Source: Elusimicrobiota bacterium (lineage in GTDB: Bacteria; Elusimicrobiota; Elusimicrobia; UBA1565; JACRDR01). From it: DNA of 64,000 nucleotides. A program made the position numbers and the translations under genes. Shown here one piece after another: positions 57,140 to 64,000 of this stretch. Numbering within the stretch: position 1 is the stretch's first letter; each line of letters starts with the position of its first letter. Under the pieces are notes generated by a model. That model made no database searches and was not told the DNA's origin. It was given only the letters and a program-made list of their open reading frames with translations. The stretch spans positions 90,609 to 154,608 of the forward strand of contig JBGFSC010000033.1 in the NCBI GenBank assembly GCA_041694815.1, given 5' to 3'.

Positions 57140-59325
57140 GGTTTCTCAAGCGCGTCGCCGTCAAAAGGTAATTTGAAACGCTGCTCGGCCGTCTCGCCAT
57201 CCTCGGGCCCCGCGGGCTCGGCCGGTGGCGCTCCCTCCTTCACCAACGGGGCGAGCTCTTCGAGCTCCTGCGGGGTCCATGCGATTTTCAAAAGTTGTAG
57301 CGATCTATTGCCGTAGGCCAAGAGCATGGAATCGTCCTTGCTGAAGGCGTCCGGGGACATCCCATCGTCCGTAAGCAGGGTATGCAGCTTCTTCCCGCTG
57401 CGGGTGTCGAACACCGCGATCTTGTTATCGGCAATGTCGACGGCGAACTTCGAGCCGTCTCGGTTGAGCACCGGCGAGCCGAGATGATCGCGCACCCAGA
57501 TCGTGCGCCGCTTCCTTGCCGTCGCGACGTCGAAGATCAGTGTCTTCCCGTTATGATGGGTGACGGAAGCCGTCGAGCCGTCTTCGCTGATAAGGACGGT
57601 AAAGATTGGATTGCTGATCTCCAACAGCCTTCTGCTTGCGCCCGACCTTAGGTCCTGCAGATAAACGAATCCCCCCTGGGTGGCTACGATCGCCTTGTCT
57701 CCGTAGCGGCTGACGGCTAAATGGGAAAAAGGAGTCTTCGGTTGATCCATCACCAAATTGCCTTCATGGTTTCGTCCGGAAACCGGATACATATAGACGC
57801 GATGCAGCTGGGAAGCGAGGACGATGTTTTTGCCGTCCGGTGTAAACCACGCGTGGCCTGGGTAGTAGAGATCGTAGACATCCTTGATCATGCGGATCCT
57901 GCGCCCATTGCGTACATCCCAGACAAGCAGCGTTTGGTCCCGGCAGGCGGCGAGCAGCTTGCTGCCGTCCGGAGAAAACGAGGTCGAGGAGGGGCGCCCG
58001 CATCCTTTTAAAGTGCGAAGGCTTTTTTTCGTCTTGATGTCCCATAGCTGGATATTGCCCTTCTCGTCTCCCGTAGCGATCAAGGAGGTATCGGGGCTCA
58101 GGCTCCAGCAGCATGTGAGCCTTTCGATCTTGAGTTCGGCGCGAACGCGATTGTGATCCAAAAGTGCGCGATCCGTTCCCAAGGGAGGCAGTGGGTTGGC
58201 ACCGTCGAAGAGCCGCTCGGGCGGCAGCTTGAAGCGCTCCTCGGCCTTTTGGCCCTCGGCGTCGGAACTCACGGGTTCCACCTTGCGCTCCAGCCGCCGC
58301 TTGAACGCGGCGAGCTCCGCGGGAGAATATTCAAGGCGCCAGAGGCGTATCGTACGGTCCGAGCCGGCGCTAACTATTTTCCTGCCGTCGGCGCTGAAAG
58401 AAACGGATACCACGTAGCCCTTATGCCCTTTGAATATCCGTAGCTTCTCTCCGCTGGCTGCGTCCCAGAGCACGACGTCTCCATCGCCGCCGGCCGTCGC
58501 GATCTTGAGATTATCGGGGCTCAATACGGCCGAATGGACCCGGTTGTAGCCGTTGTCGAAGCTCATCGTGATGTTACGGATCGGCTGGGCCGTATGAGCG
58601 TCCCAGAGAGTCAAAAAATCTTTGCAGTGGGAAGCGAGGGGCGCCATGCAGCCGCTATGCGTGAGGATCGTGGAGCCGTCCCGGCTGTAGGAGGCCGATC
58701 TCATGTAATGCATCCATTTCTCATGATAGGGCGGGTCAAATCGCAGTTCATGCAAGAATTTCCCCGTCCTCGCCTCCCAGATCAAGGCCTTGTTGTACAA
58801 ATCCCGGACCACCACGCGCGTTCCGTCCGGGGAAAAGGAGGCGTTGTCGGCCCTCCAGGTGGCCATAGGGAGGGTCGCCTCTTTCTTTCCCGTTTTCGCG
58901 TCCCAGAGGCTGAGCGGAAAATCCCTCCCCGAGGCCATCACCCTCGAGCCGTCGCGGTTGAAGGAGAGCGAGTCCAGGGGCCGGCCGGAGGCCCATAGCG
59001 CGGCCACAAAATCCCCGGTTTCGACGTCGCGGATAACGGCGCCGCGATTGTCCGAGATCGCTATCTTCTTGCCGTCGGGACTAAAGCAGGAGGGATATTT
59101 CAGGCCGCCGGGGTGTTCGATTCGGTACAGGGCTTTCCCGGAATCGGCGTCCCAGACCGCGCTATGGCCGCGGCCTACCATGAGGATTCTCGACGAGTCT
59201 GGAGAGAATTCCACCGAAACGACGTCATGGGCCTCCTCGGTGATCACCTTCGACTCCTGGGCGTCGTGTAGAATGGAGTCCCCGGCGAAGGCCGCCGAGA
59301 CGGCCAAGATCAACGCCAGCATCAT
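57136..59325 (-). CDS. Exported double-propeller WD40 protein (array gene 5)
   Basis: Signal peptide ending AFA; two WD40 blocks separated by internal KAEERFKLP; ends TAEQRFKLPF. Confidence 0.9.
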   Translation of the reverse strand: MMLALILAVSAAFAGDSILHDAQESKVITEEAHDVVSVEFSPDSSRILMVGRGHSAVWDADSGKALYRIEHPGGLKYPSCFSPDGKKIAISDNRGAVIRDVETGDFVAALWASGRPLDSLSFNRDGSRVMASGRDFPLSLWDAKTGKKEATLPMATWRADNASFSPDGTRVVVRDLYNKALIWEARTGKFLHELRFDPPYHEKWMHYMRSASYSRDGSTILTHSGCMAPLASHCKDFLTLWDAHTAQPIRNITMSFDNGYNRVHSAVLSPDNLKIATAGGDGDVVLWDAASGEKLRIFKGHKGYVVSVSFSADGRKIVSAGSDRTIRLWRLEYSPAELAAFKRRLERKVEPVSSDAEGQKAEERFKLPPERLFDGANPLPPLGTDRALLDHNRVRAELKIERLTCCWSLSPDTSLIATGDEKGNIQLWDIKTKKSLRTLKGCGRPSSTSFSPDGSKLLAACRDQTLLVWDVRNGRRIRMIKDVYDLYYPGHAWFTPDGKNIVLASQLHRVYMYPVSGRNHEGNLVMDQPKTPFSHLAVSRYGDKAIVATQGGFVYLQDLRSGASRRLLEISNPIFTVLISEDGSTASVTHHNGKTLIFDVATARKRRTIWVRDHLGSPVLNRDGSKFAVDIADNKIAVFDTRSGKKLHTLLTDDGMSPDAFSKDDSMLLAYGNRSLQLLKIAWTPQELEELAPLVKEGAPPAEPAGPEDGETAEQRFKLPFDGDALEKP

Positions 59326-60410
59326 TCCCATCTGAGCTTAAAGCGCTCTTGCGCGTCCTCGTCGCCGGCGTAGGCTCCGGGAAGGGCGGCTGGCTTTTTC
59401 AGGAAGTTCTCGATCTGTTCGGCGGCTTCCTTCGCGGGTCGCAGCTCCCAGAAGATTAAGGCGCCGTCGTCACCGGCGGTGGCCGCCCATTGCCCATCGG
59501 GGCTCAGGGAGGCCGAACGGACAGCGTCGCGATGCCCGCGAAGAACCTTGAGCTTTCGTCCAGTGCGCGCGCTCCAGAGCACCGCCGTCTTATCTCCGCT
59601 TGCGGTGATAATGGTCCCGCCGTCGCGGCTAAACGCCGCCGAATAGATCATTCTAGAATGCTCGAGCCGGAATAGCGGCGAGAGGCTGCGCGCATCCCAG
59701 ATCTGCGCCGAATGATCGCAGTCCGTGCGTCGGAGGCTGCAGCCGCTCACCGTCATCCATTTCGAGCCGTCCGGGCTTTCAGAAACGTGGTAAATGGCCT
59801 TTTGGGTTCCACGGATGATTTTTAGGCGCTTTCCGGTGCTAGCGCTCCAGATGGAGAAGGTATTGTCGCCGCCTGCCGACAGGATGCGGGTTCCGTCCTT
59901 GCTGAAGATGGGGTTGCAGACCTTCCAGTACTCCTTTGTCTCGAGCGACGCGAGCCGTTCACCGCTGGTCAGCTCGAAGATCATTGGCCATTGATAGTGA
60001 AGCGACGAGACTATCTTAGATCCGTCAGGACTGAATACGGCGCTCAGCATTTGGAGTTTCCATATCCGCTGGAGCCGCTCTCCGGAGCCGGCGTCGTAGG
60101 TCGCGACCCCCGTGCCATCCACGATCAAGATCCGATCTCCCGCGGGGCTAAAGGAGGCATTAGCGGGGGCTTCCGCCCGGACGGAGAATCGAACCCGTCC
60201 GCTCGGCCAATCGCGCACGAGCACGAGGCTGTTCCAATAATGTTCCAGCAGAGCTTTGCCGTCCGGGCTGAAAGAGACGGCAAAGGGTCGGTGGGGAAGA
60301 CTGGTAATGATGGGGTATGCCGGCGCGAGCGTGCCGCGGTTGCCGGCGTAAACGAACGAGTTCAACGAGAGGGCTAGAGCCGCCAGCCGGAGGGCGCGGT
60401 CGCCAATCAT
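59322..60410 (-). CDS. Exported WD40 protein (array gene 4)
   Basis: Signal peptide; GHRDAVRSASLSPDG; ends DAQERFKLRW. Confidence 0.9.
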   Translation of the reverse strand: MIGDRALRLAALALSLNSFVYAGNRGTLAPAYPIITSLPHRPFAVSFSPDGKALLEHYWNSLVLVRDWPSGRVRFSVRAEAPANASFSPAGDRILIVDGTGVATYDAGSGERLQRIWKLQMLSAVFSPDGSKIVSSLHYQWPMIFELTSGERLASLETKEYWKVCNPIFSKDGTRILSAGGDNTFSIWSASTGKRLKIIRGTQKAIYHVSESPDGSKWMTVSGCSLRRTDCDHSAQIWDARSLSPLFRLEHSRMIYSAAFSRDGGTIITASGDKTAVLWSARTGRKLKVLRGHRDAVRSASLSPDGQWAATAGDDGALIFWELRPAKEAAEQIENFLKKPAALPGAYAGDEDAQERFKLRWE

Positions 60411-61495
60411 GGCAGGCGGAACCTCTCTTCCGCCTTTTCGATCATCCTGGCCTCAGGCCGGCGCAGCTCCGGGGCCAGCGCGCGGGCCATCTCGCCAAGT
60501 TCCGCGGGGGTGAATTCCAGCCGGCGGATCCAGGCGCGGCCGGATTCCGCGACCGCGATGCCCGCGGCGTCGGGGCTAAATGACGCGGAGCTAAAGCGCG
60601 AGAGGGTGCTCAGGCGGGCCAGCTCCCGTCGGGTCTTGCTGTCGCGGACGACCAGCAGACGATCGCTCAGGATAAAGAACTTGGACCCGTCCGCGCTGAA
60701 GGAGGCCTCCCAGGCGCCGGGCTCTCCGGCCTCCACCTTGAAGGTTTCGATTCGTTGCCGCCTCCGCGCGTCCCATAGCTCCGCGTCCCTGCCCTTAGTG
60801 ACGGCCAATATCAGGGAACCATCGGGGCTAAATAGCGCCTTCCAATATTCCGTGCCCTCGGACAATATAGGCTCGATCCTTTCGCCCGTCCGTCCGTCCC
60901 AAAGCCCTGCCTTGCCCTGGGGGGTGAGCAAAAGCCAGGATCCGTCCGCGTTAAAAGAGGCCGAGCGCGAGTCCTCACCCCCCTCGAGCACCGCGATGCT
61001 TTTGGAGGTCGCGGCGTCCCAGAGCACGCCGGCGCTCGCGGGGCCGCTCGTGGCGAATCTCGAGCCGTCGGGGCTAAACGCGCCGGCCTCGACGAATCCG
61101 GTGAACCCGCTGGCCTTGAGCACGTCTAGCAGCTCGGGCGGGCCGCCTTTTTCTAAATTCCAGGTGCGGGCCTTATTTCGACCGCCGAGAAAAACCCTGG
61201 TTCCGGATTTCGAGAATCCGATCGAGTCGATCGCGCGGCCGTTAGGATAGCTGCCGAGATCGATGGCGCCGGCCGCCTTGTCCTCCAGGAGGTCCCAGAT
61301 CAGGGCCTCATGGTTGTAGACGGCTGCCAGATGTCTACCGTTCGGGCTGTAGGCGACGAGGTGGATGCGGCCCTCGGGTAAACTTAATTGCTTTTTGTCC
61401 GCGAAGCGTTCGAATAAGGCGCGCGGCGAAAGCTCCGATCCCGCCGCCTGCGTCGCGGCGAAGAGGACCAGCGCGGCGGCCTTCACGAGAATCAT
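60407..61495 (-). CDS. Exported WD40 protein (array gene 3)
   Basis: Start MILVKAAALVLFAA at the ATGA overlap; FSPDG repeats; ends KAEERFRLP. Confidence 0.88.
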   Translation of the reverse strand: MILVKAAALVLFAATQAAGSELSPRALFERFADKKQLSLPEGRIHLVAYSPNGRHLAAVYNHEALIWDLLEDKAAGAIDLGSYPNGRAIDSIGFSKSGTRVFLGGRNKARTWNLEKGGPPELLDVLKASGFTGFVEAGAFSPDGSRFATSGPASAGVLWDAATSKSIAVLEGGEDSRSASFNADGSWLLLTPQGKAGLWDGRTGERIEPILSEGTEYWKALFSPDGSLILAVTKGRDAELWDARRRQRIETFKVEAGEPGAWEASFSADGSKFFILSDRLLVVRDSKTRRELARLSTLSRFSSASFSPDAAGIAVAESGRAWIRRLEFTPAELGEMARALAPELRRPEARMIEKAEERFRLP

Positions 61496-62622
61496 CTTCG
61501 GAACAGCTCCCAAGGCAGCCGGAAACGCTTTTCGGCCGCTTCCCCTACCAGGGAAGCCTGATCGGAGCCGAGTTTCGAGGATAGGTTCTTGGCGAGTTCT
61601 TCTAGCTCGTTCTTCGTATATTCGAGCCGCCAGATGGCGATGCCGTACTCGTCGGCGATCAGGGCTTTGTCGCCGTCGGAACTCAATGCCGAGATCCAAC
61701 TGGTGTTGAGTCTGGGGCCCGGGGGACACCACTTGGCGTGGGGCAGCGCCTTTCGTTTTTGTCCCGTTTTGGCGTCCCACAGCGCAGTTTCCTCCGAATC
61801 CGCGGATACGATCTTTAAACCGTCGTGGCTCACAAGAAAACCGCTTCCATGGGGACGTGGGAATCCGTATCGGGCAAGCTCCTGCCAGGTTTGCGGGTCG
61901 CGAACGAAGATGGCGCCATCTTGATAGGCCACCAAAAGCTCGTTCTTAGTCGAATTCCACGCGATCGAATGGATGGAGGAGGGGTACGTGTCATCAATCC
62001 GATGCAGTTTTTTGCCGGTTTGCATTTCCCAAATCGTAATGTGCTTTTTGAATTTCCACGAAAGATCAATGTCCAAGCTGTAGGCCAAAATAGTTTTTTC
62101 TTGCGGACCCAAAACCGCGGGGCCGTATGCGTACGATTCTTCTAAGTTCAGCAACGCTTTCCCGGATTGCATGTCCCAAGCGGTGACCTGCTTATTATCC
62201 GATGTCAGCAGCATCGATTCGTCAAGGCTGAGGGAAAAAGCCTTGACCACGTTGGCCCTCATCTTAAACGTCAAGCCCACCTTGCCGTTTGGCAGGTCTA
62301 AGACAATCACGCGCCCATAGCCATTGTCACTAATCAACGCGAGGGTTCCGTTCCGATTAAAAATAATTGAGTCAGGCCAGACGCCTTTTTCGATCGCAAA
62401 TATCTTTAGCCGCTTCCCGGTCGCGCCGTCCCAGAGGCTGGCCGTCCCGTCGTCTCTGGCCGCCAGAACCTTGGAGCCGTCCGGCGTGAACGCGGCGGCC
62501 GTGATAGGGCTGCGCGGCATTTCAAGAAAAAGCACCGATTCGTTGAAAACGCCTCGCTCGGCGGCCAGCAGGGTATGAGCGGTGAAGAAGACCGACATAA
62601 GGACCGTCCATTGTCGCTTCAT
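61492..62622 (-). CDS. Exported WD40 protein (array gene 2)
   Basis: Signal peptide; WD repeats; ends AAEKRFRLPW. Confidence 0.88.
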   Translation of the reverse strand: MKRQWTVLMSVFFTAHTLLAAERGVFNESVLFLEMPRSPITAAAFTPDGSKVLAARDDGTASLWDGATGKRLKIFAIEKGVWPDSIIFNRNGTLALISDNGYGRVIVLDLPNGKVGLTFKMRANVVKAFSLSLDESMLLTSDNKQVTAWDMQSGKALLNLEESYAYGPAVLGPQEKTILAYSLDIDLSWKFKKHITIWEMQTGKKLHRIDDTYPSSIHSIAWNSTKNELLVAYQDGAIFVRDPQTWQELARYGFPRPHGSGFLVSHDGLKIVSADSEETALWDAKTGQKRKALPHAKWCPPGPRLNTSWISALSSDGDKALIADEYGIAIWRLEYTKNELEELAKNLSSKLGSDQASLVGEAAEKRFRLPWELFRR

Positions 62623-63806
62623 TCGAATTTAATCTGAAAGAGGTCCCAGTTGAGCCGGAAGCGCTGTTCGGCCGACTCCTCCGGCAGGCGCGGCTCCGGT
62701 TTAGCGGCGCCGTTTAGAATCATGGGGCCGGCGATTCGCTGGAATATCTTTTCGGGCCCTATGTCGACCTTCCAGGTTCGGACGGTTTCTCCGCTGACGG
62801 TGACGACCCGCCGCTCATCCGGTGAGAAAGAAGCCTCATCGACATTTTCCGCATGCGTGATAGTTCGAACGGGCTTTTGGGCCTTTCGATCCCAGATAAT
62901 GACCTGCCTGCCGCCGGCGACCAGTATCCGGCTTTTGTCCCTGCTAAACGCTATCGAGCGGAACTTATACGGGGAAAAGCCTATAGCGGGGGCTTTGTAG
63001 AGAAATTTAACATCGTCGGTAAATGCGTTGCGGGACCGTCCGGTGTCGCAATCCCAAAGCGTGATCGGAGCGTTGAAAAATTTCAGCCCAAGCAACTCCT
63101 TGCCGTCCGGGCTCAGCGTGAAGGGGTAGGCCCACTGGGTGATGAGAATTTTTTCCTCGCCCGTATCAGGATCCCAGAGGATCGCCCGCGGCTCGCTGCG
63201 ATGCAGCGGGTTTTTGTTGTGCTTCATTAGGAAGAACAAAATTCTTGATCCATCGGGATGGAAGCGGGCTTGAAGGATAATCACGCCTGGTTTCTTGAGC
63301 GTCTTAACACGCCGCGCGGACGCCGTATCCCATAGGACGACTTCGCTATACCCATTCCAATGATAGGGAGCCGTACTGGGCTCTAAGGACGCTCCAGCAG
63401 TCACGACGCGCGTACCATCATGGTTGAATGCGGCATCCAAGACATGGCCGCCGTGGGCTTTCACCGAACGGGAGGTTCCGGCCCCAATATCCAAAAGGGC
63501 GATTTCTCCTTCGTCGTTTCCGATCGCCAGTCTGGATCCGTCCGGGCTCCAGTCCCAGGCGGTCGCATAAGATCGAAGCGACAGGGTCCGGTCCGGCCGG
63601 CCATGCAAATCGCGCAGGAGTATCGTGTGATCGTTCTTGAGTATCGCTAAAACCTTTCCATCCGGGCTAAAACGGGCTTGGCGAGCGCCGGCATCAACGA
63701 TGATGCGGCCTTGGTCGCGCTCGAGGATGCGATCCATGATCCCGATCGCCGGTTCTTGCGCCGCAACCTGCGCTATGATAAGAGGAAAGAGGCCAAGGAA
63801 TTTCAT
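62619..63806 (-). CDS. Exported WD40 protein (array gene 1)
   Basis: Signal peptide MKFLGLFPLIIAQVAA; WD repeats; ends SAEQRFRLNW. Confidence 0.9.
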   Translation of the reverse strand: MKFLGLFPLIIAQVAAQEPAIGIMDRILERDQGRIIVDAGARQARFSPDGKVLAILKNDHTILLRDLHGRPDRTLSLRSYATAWDWSPDGSRLAIGNDEGEIALLDIGAGTSRSVKAHGGHVLDAAFNHDGTRVVTAGASLEPSTAPYHWNGYSEVVLWDTASARRVKTLKKPGVIILQARFHPDGSRILFFLMKHNKNPLHRSEPRAILWDPDTGEEKILITQWAYPFTLSPDGKELLGLKFFNAPITLWDCDTGRSRNAFTDDVKFLYKAPAIGFSPYKFRSIAFSRDKSRILVAGGRQVIIWDRKAQKPVRTITHAENVDEASFSPDERRVVTVSGETVRTWKVDIGPEKIFQRIAGPMILNGAAKPEPRLPEESAEQRFRLNWDLFQIKFE

Positions 63807-63814
63807 CTTCCTTA

Positions 63815-63820
63815 ATTATA
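63815..63820 (-). promoter_or_regulatory. Putative -10 box of the WD40 operon
   Basis: Perfect TATAAT 8 nt upstream of ATG 63806; no clear -35. Confidence 0.45.
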
Positions 63821-63905
63821 GGCTCGTTGATCGATGGGCGTGAGGGCCCTTGGGCCCTTCCGGGAGTAGGCCCTTTGGGCCACAGCTGTCCCAAGAAAGT
63901 TTTTT

Positions 63906-64000
63906 CTAGAAGGCAAAATCTAGCTGTAATTTTTGTAAATTGTCGTCGCGAATGCGGCCAAGCCTGCGCTCATTAAGTCCCAAAAGATCGATGAGCGTGA
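63906..64000 (-). CDS. Possible 3' end of a gene starting beyond the window
   Basis: Open frame ...TLIDLLGLNERRLGRIRDDNLQKLQLDFAF* running from the window edge; too short to assign. Confidence 0.3.
   Translation of the reverse strand, partial: TLIDLLGLNERRLGRIRDDNLQKLQLDFAF

Noticed and set aside
50167..63806. Integron cassette array or DGR target array
   Set aside because: Genes overlap with no intergenic attC sites; no integrase or reverse transcriptase; the shared motif varies synonymously rather than at adenines only.
63844..63879. GGCCCTT(T)GGGCC repeats upstream of the WD40 operon as an operator
   Set aside because: Short, GC-rich and seen only here; cannot be distinguished from chance.

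Overview
GC-rich bacterial window. The gene content suggests a free-living Elusimicrobiota-like diderm, which is an inference and not checked by search. Five blocks: (1) 3-17463: the 3' part of a giant (>3,200 aa) repetitive surface protein ending in a T9SS type-A/FlgD-like sorting domain. It is followed by a c-di-GMP-I (GEMM) riboswitch with the A20 (cGAMP-type) signature, a PorV-like barrel fused to TPRs, a FliF(RBM3)-TM-FliG-TPR fusion, a Pro-rich coiled-coil protein, FlbD, MotA, MotB and a lipoprotein. This is a flagellar-type rotor/stator module with no export, rod, hook, filament or switch genes nearby, linked to T9SS-like parts, and is the best candidate for an undescribed system. (2) iscS-mnmA-ddl. 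(3) 20787-37544: a surface-glycan locus with two GT-C-like membrane proteins, epimerases, a reversed HldE-like kinase/nucleotidyltransferase, split transketolase and methyltransferases. (4) glpD-like, PBP1A, divergent alr, resB/ccsA, hemA, hemC, mfd. (5) 50167-63806: a tandem array of 11 signal-peptide WD40 beta-propeller genes, all joined by ATGA overlaps and all ending in an 'AE(K/E/Q)RF(K/R)LP(W)'-type motif, with near-identical junction DNA suggesting modular recombination. Three related ~85-bp palindromic elements and one structured direct repeat lie in intergenic spaces. No rRNA, tRNA, CRISPR array or transposase was recognised. Family assignments are by eye from motifs, and many starts were moved relative to the ORF track.
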